DNA of 64,000 bases from a virus. Below are positions 18,574 to 27,616 of this stretch, piece by piece. A program made the translations under genes and the position numbers. Below the pieces are notes generated by a model. That model had not been told where the DNA came from. It was given only the letters and a program-made list of their open reading frames with translations, and did not search any database. The stretch spans positions 32,001-96,000 of the IMG/VR virus record IMGVR_UViG_3300042878_000903. One strand, written 5' to 3'. The number at the start of each line of letters is the position of its first letter. The stretch's first letter is position 1.

Positions 18574-19385
18574 ACCTGAAATAACTTTCCATCTACTACA
18601 CAAGTATAATCTGGAGATACGTGTATCATATTAACGTGTGGATACTTTCCATTTTCAATATGAGCTATTGCAAATCCTTTTTGCCAGTCATGATGCTGTG
18701 TATATTTCATACCTGGACCCTTTTCATCACACATGTGGCCAATCTCATACCCACGTAAAGTTTCTCCTTTGCCTTTATTTCTAAGCTCGTAAGTAACCAT
18801 GTGTGAAGCAATCCTATGAGAATGACCTCTAATTAAAGACACCTGCATATCTTCCATATCTTTTCTAACAGATCCAGTTGCTGCAATAGACATTCCATGA
18901 TGAACATGTATATCTCCAAAACGGCGCTCTGGCAATTCGTTATAATAAATATAATCGTAGCCCAATGAATCTAAACTCCATAGAGCTTCTGGTGTTACAT
19001 GCTTTGCATATTCAGGTATTTTTTTATCTAGATAATCAAAAATTCTAATATCATGGTTTCCTAGTGCTGAGAACAGCTGGGAGTCTGGAAGCATTTTTCT
19101 TGTTCTTTCATAAAATTCTCTAGCGCCGCTTGCTTCAATCTTCATATCTTTTAGCATTAGCTCTAAATCATTTGTCACGTCATCATTCTTATATGCCTTT
19201 AAAAATTCTGTCGGTTTGCCATCTGTATATTTACTATAACAGGCTTGATCGTCTGTGTCACCAAGGTAATCGACAACGTCTGGCTTAAACCATTTCATAA
19301 CTTTAAACCAAAGCTCGATCATCTTGTCGTCCTGATATGGAAATTGCTGATCTGAGGACAGCATCCATTTTAAGTCGTTAGTCAT
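18570..19385 (-). CDS. Calcineurin-like metallophosphoesterase
   Basis: SDQQ, GDTDD, GNHD, HHG and GHSH motifs. Confidence 0.85.
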   Translation of the reverse strand: MTNDLKWMLSSDQQFPYQDDKMIELWFKVMKWFKPDVVDYLGDTDDQACYSKYTDGKPTEFLKAYKNDDVTNDLELMLKDMKIEASGAREFYERTRKMLPDSQLFSALGNHDIRIFDYLDKKIPEYAKHVTPEALWSLDSLGYDYIYYNELPERRFGDIHVHHGMSIAATGSVRKDMEDMQVSLIRGHSHRIASHMVTYELRNKGKGETLRGYEIGHMCDEKGPGMKYTQHHDWQKGFAIAHIENGKYPHVNMIHVSPDYTCVVDGKLFQV

Positions 19386-19403
19386 TGTTTACCTTAATGT
19401 CAG

Positions 19404-19427
19404 TAGGCCATGAATATTCATGGCCTA
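19404..19427. repeat. Perfect 24-bp palindrome in the leader of the replication operon
   Basis: TAGGCCATGAAT|ATTCATGGCCTA is its own reverse complement. Confidence 0.9.
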
Positions 19428-19440
19428 TAGTCTAAATCAA

Positions 19441-19468
19441 ATTGTAGCATAGTGCTACATATTGTCAA
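19441..19468 (-). promoter_or_regulatory. Promoter TTGACA-N16-TACAAT (extended -10) overlapped by inverted repeat TGTAGCA-N3-TGCTACA
   Basis: Read directly; sits at the structural/replication module boundary. Confidence 0.7.
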
Positions 19469-19471
19469 TAC

Positions 19472-19897
19472 CTAAGTCGTGCTACAAGCAATCCAATTTA
19501 CGTAAAGACTTCCGCTAGCACTGGCGCCTACATTCTGCATTTGTATTGAAAACCCTGTAGTGGATGCAGCAGTCACTATTGGCTGAAACTTATTAACTAA
19601 TATTGCACTAGCTGAAGGTTGCCAAATCGTACACACGATATTTGGCTGAGCATCAAAATCCCTTTTAAATTTTACTGCGGTAACTGTCTTTCCGTCTTTA
19701 TTGGCAGTAATTTTCAGTCTGCCAGACTCAATTTGTGTTTGAACACTCGACCCAGGAGGTGGTGTTGAGCTGCCACTATCGTTAATAGAATTTGATAAAC
19801 TATTTATTATATTTATATTAGACACAATGTTGGACAATAACTCTGATGTTATTGGATCCCCTGGATTTACAGGCATTGGTTGCAATTGTTCAGCCAT
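19472..19897 (-). CDS. Tail-associated protein with H-type-lectin/gp53-like beta domain
   Basis: VKFKRDF...PNIV...TTGFSI...VNWIA pattern; last gene of the tail module. Confidence 0.55.
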   Translation of the reverse strand: MAEQLQPMPVNPGDPITSELLSNIVSNINIINSLSNSINDSGSSTPPPGSSVQTQIESGRLKITANKDGKTVTAVKFKRDFDAQPNIVCTIWQPSASAILVNKFQPIVTAASTTGFSIQMQNVGASASGSLYVNWIACSTT

Positions 19898-19899
19898 TT

Positions 19900-20061
19900 T
19901 TACTCCTTTGGTTTTTCCTTTGGTGCCTCTAGTTCTTGAATTTTTAATGACAACTGAGTAATCTCGGCACGAAGAACAGCAATACTTGTCTCATATTGTG
20001 AGACAATTTCTCCAATACGTTGCTGTAATGCTGTTACAATTAATTCTAATCTATTATCCAT
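19900..20061 (-). CDS. 53-aa coiled-coil protein after the tail fibre
   Basis: Not in track: MDNRLELIVTALQQRIGEIVSQYETSIAVLRAEITQLSLKIQELEAPKEKPKE. Confidence 0.7.
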   Translation of the reverse strand: MDNRLELIVTALQQRIGEIVSQYETSIAVLRAEITQLSLKIQELEAPKEKPKE

Positions 20062-22589
20062 TATATACCCTTCAGTGTATTTACTTCTTGTTGTAATGAT
20101 TCTACCATATTTGACAATTCTTGTATAGCTTTGGTTAGCGGTGAAATAAATTCTTCATAAACCAAAGCCTGGCTAGACTCTGGATCATCCTTGTCGGCTA
20201 GCGTCCAAAAAGCTGCTGAGTCATATATACCTGATTGGTCTAAAGCTTCTTTTACTTCTTGAGCTACAAACCCGTAATGATTTCTTAATCCTGGGTCATT
20301 CAAATTTGGCTCAGTTATTGGCTTATCAGAATTTTCATGTAATATTTGGTTACCGTCTTCATCTATAACTGGCTTAACGGATCTTGAATTCAGTTTGTAT
20401 TTTCTTGGATTCAATTTTTTAATAAAATCTAGGCCTAGATCTGAAACCTGTATGTTATTTTTATTTCTATTATCTGAGCTTACGTTTGGACTATTTATTA
20501 AAAATACGTTTCTCCATCTAAGGTTAAAAGGGGAGCTTACAAATCCGAGTGAAGCGTCGTCAGTATAATACGGATACCAATTTGAAAGAGTTCCAGCTGA
20601 TCCCGCAGACATCATGTTTATAGCATTTACTGCTAAAGCCTCAATCGAGGTACCAGTTCGTATAGACTTTGTTTTAAAATAATAAGAATTAGTCAATGAT
20701 CCAACTGTAATGGTTGGGGTTGTAATAGCTACACTTGCACCAATTGTTCCAGCAGTAATTTTATCTGCGTTGATATTAAATGCTGAAATAAAAGTTGAAA
20801 CAACTGCATCTGAAGATATTGTTCCAGCTGTTATTTTACCTCCGCTAATTGTAGTTGTTGTAGTAGAACTGTTAATGCTATTAACAATTGCATCCCTGTT
20901 AAAACTACTAGATGGTAAAGCGGCATCTGCCGTTGCTTTTGCAGCCTGAGCAGCAATTTTTGCGGTATTGGCATCTGATGCAGCAGTTGTTGCGGTGGTA
21001 GAAACAGTAGTTAACTGTGTAGATGTTGCGTACCCAGAAATACTTGAGCCCGCTCCAAAAACTGCACCTGTCGCATAAAGAGTTCCATCAGATTTAATTT
21101 TAAACTTTGCGTTTGCATCTGGTGTATTGTTGCCAGCCCACATAAGAAATGTGTCGCTACCAGAAACTTCTGTTCCTAAATAAATACTATTTTGTGCACT
21201 TGCCCCAACTTGTATTTTGCCATTACCAGTGCTATCTAATATAATATTGTTTTTAGAAAAAGTATTATCTCCCAATGCCCAACCAGCAATACTTCCACCA
21301 TTTGCGGTTATAGTTCCTGTTGCAGCAGATATAGTTACAGACTTTGTGCCATTAGCAACTTTAAGTCCTGTTGAGTTTAATGCAAATCCATTGCCTGTTA
21401 AGTTTCCAGTTGTAGCATCAATTGTTCCGCTATATATAGATGCTCCAGTTGTAGACATAAATATATTACCGCTAAACTGCCCACCTCTAGCTGTTATGTT
21501 ACCATCTACAGCAAATGTAGAGCCGTCCCACAAAAGGTAGTTTGAGGTTGACCCTCCAACTTTAAGTCTGGCACTGTTTGCTGCATTAATATACCAATAG
21601 TTGCTGGCATCAAAATATAAACCTTTATTTGTTGCAACTGATCCCACCCCTACTCCAAATTCAAAATCTCCGCCCTTAATAAAATTTGTTACTGATGGAG
21701 TTCCAGTAACCGTAACATCTGGTCCAGATGTATACAAAGAAGATGTATTATTATATTCATCATATGTAGCAACTGCTATTTTATAGGTTGAGCCAATTAC
21801 TAATCCAGCAAGTTTATATGTTGTTCCAGTTCCTGGAGAATCGACATAAGAATAAGTGGCTCCGCTATCATTACTAAATCTAATTCTATATCCTCTTATG
21901 CCACCTCCCGTTACTGCTGGCCAAGATATGTTTGCGTAAGCATTGAATCCCAAGTATCCAGATGTATCAATTCCACTTTCAGTAGTCACGGAAGTTACGT
22001 TTGCTGGTCCAGTTGTATCTACAACAATTGGGTCTATTGCTTTGAATGGGCCAAAAGAAACACTTTTCTTTCTATAATCTTGATCTCGTGTGTCAACTCT
22101 TATCCACCTGTTTGCCGTATTTGAAACAAGTATGGTTGCAGAATTTCCGTTCCCATTCCAAACTAAATATTCTTCTCCTGCAAATGCTCCAGTTAAACTT
22201 TCGTATATTTGTATATCAATAAGCCATTTGTTTGCAACCAAAGCTTTATCTATTAAAGTCCAGTTTACTCCATAAGAAAGAAGTGAAGGTGTTACAACAA
22301 GGTTGGTAACTGGCTGAGTTAAATCAGGAGTTTGTAGCGTAAATACAAAGTTTGGGGACCTAGTTCCAGGAATAAGGTTTGAAGCATTATTTGGATCAGA
22401 GTATAAATACGAAAATGAGAATTGATATTTACCATTCATTACAACATTTAATCCTGATTTTTTAACAGTAAAGGAATCTGCGCTTTTTGTATTGGCCGCT
22501 GTAGCCGCTTCTGCATTTGTTTTGCTTAAGTCTGCTGGTATATATCTTCCACTTACTGGATCATATCTGCCTGGGGAATATTTATCCAT
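20061..22589 (-). CDS. Tail fibre/central spike with FN3 domain and C-terminal peptidase S74 intramolecular chaperone
   Basis: FN3 (ISWP..GYRIRF...Y.IAVAT); SSDNRNK...GFVAQEV S74 motif; terminal coiled coil. Confidence 0.85.
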   Translation of the reverse strand: MDKYSPGRYDPVSGRYIPADLSKTNAEAATAANTKSADSFTVKKSGLNVVMNGKYQFSFSYLYSDPNNASNLIPGTRSPNFVFTLQTPDLTQPVTNLVVTPSLLSYGVNWTLIDKALVANKWLIDIQIYESLTGAFAGEEYLVWNGNGNSATILVSNTANRWIRVDTRDQDYRKKSVSFGPFKAIDPIVVDTTGPANVTSVTTESGIDTSGYLGFNAYANISWPAVTGGGIRGYRIRFSNDSGATYSYVDSPGTGTTYKLAGLVIGSTYKIAVATYDEYNNTSSLYTSGPDVTVTGTPSVTNFIKGGDFEFGVGVGSVATNKGLYFDASNYWYINAANSARLKVGGSTSNYLLWDGSTFAVDGNITARGGQFSGNIFMSTTGASIYSGTIDATTGNLTGNGFALNSTGLKVANGTKSVTISAATGTITANGGSIAGWALGDNTFSKNNIILDSTGNGKIQVGASAQNSIYLGTEVSGSDTFLMWAGNNTPDANAKFKIKSDGTLYATGAVFGAGSSISGYATSTQLTTVSTTATTAASDANTAKIAAQAAKATADAALPSSSFNRDAIVNSINSSTTTTTISGGKITAGTISSDAVVSTFISAFNINADKITAGTIGASVAITTPTITVGSLTNSYYFKTKSIRTGTSIEALAVNAINMMSAGSAGTLSNWYPYYTDDASLGFVSSPFNLRWRNVFLINSPNVSSDNRNKNNIQVSDLGLDFIKKLNPRKYKLNSRSVKPVIDEDGNQILHENSDKPITEPNLNDPGLRNHYGFVAQEVKEALDQSGIYDSAAFWTLADKDDPESSQALVYEEFISPLTKAIQELSNMVESLQQEVNTLKGI

Positions 22590-23476
22590 TATAAAAATCC
22601 TAAGTCTATCTTATATTCAATGTCCATTTCTATTCCAAGTGTTTTAACTAATGGGGTAGACAAGACTGATCTACTAATTAAACCATATTGGCTATTATAT
22701 CTGTCTTCATCATTTAATCTTAGCCCGTCTAATAAAACATTTGTAGCCCCTGAAACCTTAGCCTTAGCCCCTATTTCTATTATAGTAATTTGAGAAAAGT
22801 CTGTTGCTCCAGCGGATGAAAATGTAGAGTTAAATAGGCTAGATAACTTAAGTGATAAAATTTTATGTCCTATAGACGTTGTTGCTGCAAATCTTATTTC
22901 TTTATAATTGGTTGGTGAGCTATAAAATCTAACATAAATATAATCTAGGTTTAAATCTGTTTGATAAAAAGCAAGGGAAATTGAATCATCCACTCCGTAT
23001 CCAGCAAGATCAAAAACGGTGTCTAGGCTGTATGATTTTGATTGATTGCTTGCTGCGGTAATAGAAAAATATGAAGAGCCTATTCTGGGAGTTGGAGTTG
23101 AAACTGATATTGGCTGTTCACCATTTGAATCTTTCCAGCTTGTTGTGTTTTCAAAAGAAGATATGTATTTAGATGAATAGTCTGTATTTTGCAAAAACCC
23201 AGTAGGGAAAATTCCAATTTCTGATATTATTCCTTCAACATCTGTTGGTAGGGTGGTCTTATAAACTACGGAATATGTTGTTACTCCATTTGTTGTATTT
23301 GTTTGTATGTCAGAACTTCCAAGGAAAACTCCTGATCGATAAAATTCAAATTGCATGTCTGAGTCATTTACAGTTGGGGCTTGAGACCCTATTCCTACTG
23401 CAATGTCTTTTTGATTAAAATTAAGTCCGCTTGCCAAATAAGATGTTATAAACCTTTTACCAAATTTTGTTATCAT
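22589..23476 (-). CDS. Minor tail/baseplate protein
   Basis: MITKFG...IAVGIG...EIGIF pattern; tail-module position. Confidence 0.65.
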   Translation of the reverse strand: MITKFGKRFITSYLASGLNFNQKDIAVGIGSQAPTVNDSDMQFEFYRSGVFLGSSDIQTNTTNGVTTYSVVYKTTLPTDVEGIISEIGIFPTGFLQNTDYSSKYISSFENTTSWKDSNGEQPISVSTPTPRIGSSYFSITAASNQSKSYSLDTVFDLAGYGVDDSISLAFYQTDLNLDYIYVRFYSSPTNYKEIRFAATTSIGHKILSLKLSSLFNSTFSSAGATDFSQITIIEIGAKAKVSGATNVLLDGLRLNDEDRYNSQYGLISRSVLSTPLVKTLGIEMDIEYKIDLGFL

Positions 23477-23883
23477 ATTATCATTACTCCCTTTACAATC
23501 TCTCCAACACTATTTTTAACTTCAAAAGTAACTCTAAGCAGCCTATTATTATTCCCATCGTAATATATTTCTGGATCGGTTATTGTTTGGCCAGAAGAAT
23601 ATCTTTTTCCAGTTGTTCCAATTAAAACTATGTCCTCTAAATTTGGGGCATCCGAAGTATCTATTGGTTCATCTGGTGCGGTATCATCATCGTCATCTTC
23701 AACGTCTCCATTATCACCTGGAGATGAAGCAACATATGTTTTATCTACTTTATTAGTGTATATATTTACAATATCATATTGATCGCTTTTTAATACGTCA
23801 ATTAGGGGTGAGTCTTGGGGTAGCTGGACTTTAACTCCACCAGCAATTTGCGACTTTCCTATTCTTGGTTTTTTTGTAGCCAT
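23473..23883 (-). CDS. Hypothetical tail-module protein (acidic tract)
   Basis: 136 aa; leaderless promoter TGGTAGAAT at 23890-23898. Confidence 0.65.
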   Translation of the reverse strand: MATKKPRIGKSQIAGGVKVQLPQDSPLIDVLKSDQYDIVNIYTNKVDKTYVASSPGDNGDVEDDDDDTAPDEPIDTSDAPNLEDIVLIGTTGKRYSSGQTITDPEIYYDGNNNRLLRVTFEVKNSVGEIVKGVMII

Positions 23884-23903
23884 ATTAAGATTCTACCATT
23901 TCA

Positions 23904-26900
23904 TTAAACATAAATCGACCTACAAGTAAGTTTTGTAGACGGGGCTTGGCTATAACCCTGCTCAATATCCAAAACAATATATTTACCAGCCGTTTGCCCA
24001 GTATCTTCAGTTGAATAAATCATATTATTTGGATATGATATTTCAACTACATCTCCCGTTTCAATAATAGGGTTTGGGAAAACGTCTATTTGAATAACTG
24101 TTTGTTGCTTAGACCATTGAGTTCTCATCCATTTAGAAAGCTCTTTAGCTTCAGATTCTTTTTGTATCCACATAGATTCAAATGCTACTTGCTCATCATT
24201 TTTAGTTGCAGATAAATCTGGATCAAGATACTCGAACGGGTCTAGGGGAGCTACTGTTTCTCCTACTACGATAAAGCTTTTTTGACCACCGTCTGCTAAA
24301 TCAACAAATGCTCCTGTGTTATTTAAAATATAAGCATCAATTCCAAATGAGTTTGCATCGTACCCAAGTAGAGTTACGTTGGGGTTTAATATTATTTGAG
24401 GGTATTTAACAAAACCTGGTCTTGTTGCATACCTGGTTGATATTTTTTTAATTTCTCTGGCTACTGGCCCAAATTCTTTTATCCATGGACTCGATAAAGT
24501 AGAGGCAGATCCAATAGCAATAAAGTCGCCAAACACATTTTTTAGTTCCGTGGCAGAACCAACGTATGAGCCGTAATTGTCATAAGAATAAGATCCAGTA
24601 AAATCTTCTTTCTTTAATGAAGCTATATATGCATAGTCAAATGCTGATTCACCTTGTATGCCAATTAATGCAATTTTGTTGCCCATTGTTGTGGCTGCAG
24701 AATCAGTTGCTGTTATTACGGCATTGTTAAATTTAATTTTAAATATTCTTTGACCTGTTGTTGCTTGAGAAACTCTTACGTCTACTCTATAAAATTCTCC
24801 TCCAGATACTCCAGTAATTGATGCCTCTTCTGTCTTTTGAGTATCAGAAACTGGTGTCTCTACTCCGTTAACTATTTTAAATAGTTGTACATCTCTATAA
24901 TTCAATCCTTTGTTTGCTACGTTTTGAGAAGTTCCAATTTTTAAAATATAGCCGTTTAAATTATTGGCGTCAAGACCAATGCCTAGTCCAGCAGAAACAA
25001 ACTGTTCCCCAGTAACTCTTCCATTGCTACCTTTAGCAAGCTTAAAGAATAAAGCTGTTCCAATTGAAAAATATTTTTGTGATGTAAAATTAACATCTGG
25101 ATTAATTGAAGCGCAATAGTATTCTTTAGATGCCGTGGGTGCAACTATTGTAAGCAAGGATCTAGATATTAAAGAACCTGATCCATCTGTTTGTCTTAAT
25201 GAAAATACTGATTGATCTTCAACATTTGTTTTTGCAGACAAGTTTAGTTTAGATCCTGTCCATTGATTTTTTAATTCGTCAATATTTACTGAGTGGCTAT
25301 CGCCTACACCGATGCCTTTACCAGTTGCATTAAATGCATTTCTTTCTTTAATTCTATATCTTAGGGTAGGCTTAAAAGAATTTATCTTGCTTTCCCCAAG
25401 AAATTTAGCAATGTCTGAGTCTGACGTTATCCATTTCTTTATAACTGTATTTGGTGCAGATAGAGGTTCATATTGAAATTCAATTGCATCATATTCAATT
25501 ATTTCATTGTTTATTAAAAAATACCCAGCTTTATTATAAAAAGATGTATCTGCTAAGTCGCTGTAAATACTAATTGGAGACAAGGATACAACTCCTTTGT
25601 CGGCATTTGTTTCGGCTGGTGCCGTTGCCAATAAAGTAGTTTGTAACGCAGCTGCACCAATTGCGGCTGGCGGAGAAACATAAAGGTTGTCTGATGAGCC
25701 CTGATAGTTTGTGCTAATAATCGGAGTGTAAATTACTTTTACTGCCTTAACAGAAGGAACTGTTTCTTTGGTTAAAGATATTATGTTAGGAATATTAACC
25801 CCCTTAGATTCACTTCTAAACTTAAATCCAGATGTCCTTGTTGGATCAAACAAATAATCTCTAGGATAAAACTGCAGAATATCATTATTATCAAATGTTG
25901 CTATCATCTGTGTGTCTCTACATAGATCTTGAATGTGTTGCCATACAGTTTTTGTGTCTTCTGTAAACCAGTACAAAGGGACTATGGTGGCGGAGTCAAC
26001 TTTATTTGCATCCCCCTTGCCATAAGTATTAAAGTTGTACCCAGTAAATCCTACGCTATCTAAAAGCCTTCTTATGATTGCTTGTGATGGAGCATTTTGA
26101 ATTACAATATCTGGAGCTAGTATTTCTTGTAGAAATTTTGCTCCGTCTAATCCCTGTATGTCGATGTCTCCAAATTCAGACAAAGTGAATGAGTCTATGT
26201 AAAATACACCCTGTGGAATAACATCATCTCCTATTTTATTAAATGGAGAAACTTTTACATTCTTATATAGGTTAATGTTGTCTTTGTTAAATGGCATTGT
26301 TTTATCATACTCAATACCCCTTTTATCGTAGCCCTCAAGCGACATAGATAAGGCATTTGAAGTTACAGATCCAACTGGAACAATACCAGATGAGTCATCG
26401 GATGAGGTTTTTGAAACTTGAAAAGAAACTATTCTATTTGACACATCTTGTATATATCTGGCTCCGACCTCTATTATTCCAAGATACGAGTTGGCAACAC
26501 TGATTGTATTAACAGTGACAATAATCTTTTTAATATTTACTGGGGCCGACGGAGTTGTAAATTTTGTCGTTGACCATGAGGATCCATTCCAATATAATTG
26601 AAACACTCCATTGTCTGGAACAACTCCATTTGTAGATATTGTTGTTTCTGTACCAGCGTGATCTTGTATTTTAATAGACCATGTAGATGGCTTAGAGTAA
26701 GAAGTTTCAAATTTAACAAGTATGGTATTAGTAACAGCAGTTTTTGATATTGGATAATCTACAGTAAAACTAAAATTACTTAATGTTGTGCCGCCAGATT
26801 TAGGTGAAACCCAAAACTTGTATTGATTTTTAGGACTAGAAAAATAAGTTCTTACTGGAAGATCTGAAGAAACGTTATATTTTGGTATGCTATTTGTAAC

Positions 26901-27167
26901 ATTTGGGTTTAATATAAAATAATTAATTCCTGCTGCCGAAGGTCTTCTTGGGTCTATTATGCTGGTTAATGGAAATAATTTTTTAAATGGCTGATATGTT
27001 TTACCAGTAATTGGGTCTGTTTGAGTTGCAGTTTCAGCTGGTGTAGCCGTAACAGATGCATTTAAAATTAAATCGTTCATATTATATTCTAGCCAGCATC
27101 CGCCTGACATTGAATATGAAGCAGATGTATTTAGTTTATCTAGAGTTGTTTGGCTTACTGATTGCAT
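23904..27167 (-). CDS. Large minor tail (tail tip/hub) protein
   Basis: 1087 aa two genes after the TMP; C-terminal P.IETGDVVEI hub motif; start refined to MQSV. Confidence 0.75.
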   Translation of the reverse strand: MQSVSQTTLDKLNTSASYSMSGGCWLEYNMNDLILNASVTATPAETATQTDPITGKTYQPFKKLFPLTSIIDPRRPSAAGINYFILNPNVTNSIPKYNVSSDLPVRTYFSSPKNQYKFWVSPKSGGTTLSNFSFTVDYPISKTAVTNTILVKFETSYSKPSTWSIKIQDHAGTETTISTNGVVPDNGVFQLYWNGSSWSTTKFTTPSAPVNIKKIIVTVNTISVANSYLGIIEVGARYIQDVSNRIVSFQVSKTSSDDSSGIVPVGSVTSNALSMSLEGYDKRGIEYDKTMPFNKDNINLYKNVKVSPFNKIGDDVIPQGVFYIDSFTLSEFGDIDIQGLDGAKFLQEILAPDIVIQNAPSQAIIRRLLDSVGFTGYNFNTYGKGDANKVDSATIVPLYWFTEDTKTVWQHIQDLCRDTQMIATFDNNDILQFYPRDYLFDPTRTSGFKFRSESKGVNIPNIISLTKETVPSVKAVKVIYTPIISTNYQGSSDNLYVSPPAAIGAAALQTTLLATAPAETNADKGVVSLSPISIYSDLADTSFYNKAGYFLINNEIIEYDAIEFQYEPLSAPNTVIKKWITSDSDIAKFLGESKINSFKPTLRYRIKERNAFNATGKGIGVGDSHSVNIDELKNQWTGSKLNLSAKTNVEDQSVFSLRQTDGSGSLISRSLLTIVAPTASKEYYCASINPDVNFTSQKYFSIGTALFFKLAKGSNGRVTGEQFVSAGLGIGLDANNLNGYILKIGTSQNVANKGLNYRDVQLFKIVNGVETPVSDTQKTEEASITGVSGGEFYRVDVRVSQATTGQRIFKIKFNNAVITATDSAATTMGNKIALIGIQGESAFDYAYIASLKKEDFTGSYSYDNYGSYVGSATELKNVFGDFIAIGSASTLSSPWIKEFGPVAREIKKISTRYATRPGFVKYPQIILNPNVTLLGYDANSFGIDAYILNNTGAFVDLADGGQKSFIVVGETVAPLDPFEYLDPDLSATKNDEQVAFESMWIQKESEAKELSKWMRTQWSKQQTVIQIDVFPNPIIETGDVVEISYPNNMIYSTEDTGQTAGKYIVLDIEQGYSQAPSTKLTCRSIYV

Positions 27168-27616
27168 TATACTTCTTCCAGCGAAATACTTACATCCCAA
27201 AATGCCTGTGCTGCATCCGCCGTTTTTTCCTTTACATTTCTTTTGATCATATTAAATGAGCATGAAGTAAAGCTTGCGGCAAAATCTTCGGTTCTGGCTG
27301 AGTTATAGGCTATTCTTACATTAAATGTTCCTTGGCCCTTAGCACTTAAATAAAATGCTTTTATATCTTCTGCTCCCCAGCCTGCATCTACGGTCATGGT
27401 GGAATATGACGGAACCATGCTCCAGGAGGTGGATATGTTCTTCTTATCGGCTATAAACAGCTTTCTAAGGCTTCCATTGGCCATCCTAGAGGTCTGCTCA
27501 AAGCGTTGTACATCTACGGATATTGGGGACCTATTATGTTCAGTTAATTTTTGCCATACGCTATTAGCATCTTGTATAAACAATGCTGAGCCGACTGGTA
27601 ATACTAAAGCTGCCAT
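27167..27616 (-). CDS. Distal tail (Dit-like) minor tail protein
   Basis: Directly after the TMP; RMANG.LR and terminal SISLEEV. Confidence 0.65.
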   Translation of the reverse strand: MAALVLPVGSALFIQDANSVWQKLTEHNRSPISVDVQRFEQTSRMANGSLRKLFIADKKNISTSWSMVPSYSTMTVDAGWGAEDIKAFYLSAKGQGTFNVRIAYNSARTEDFAASFTSCSFNMIKRNVKEKTADAAQAFWDVSISLEEV

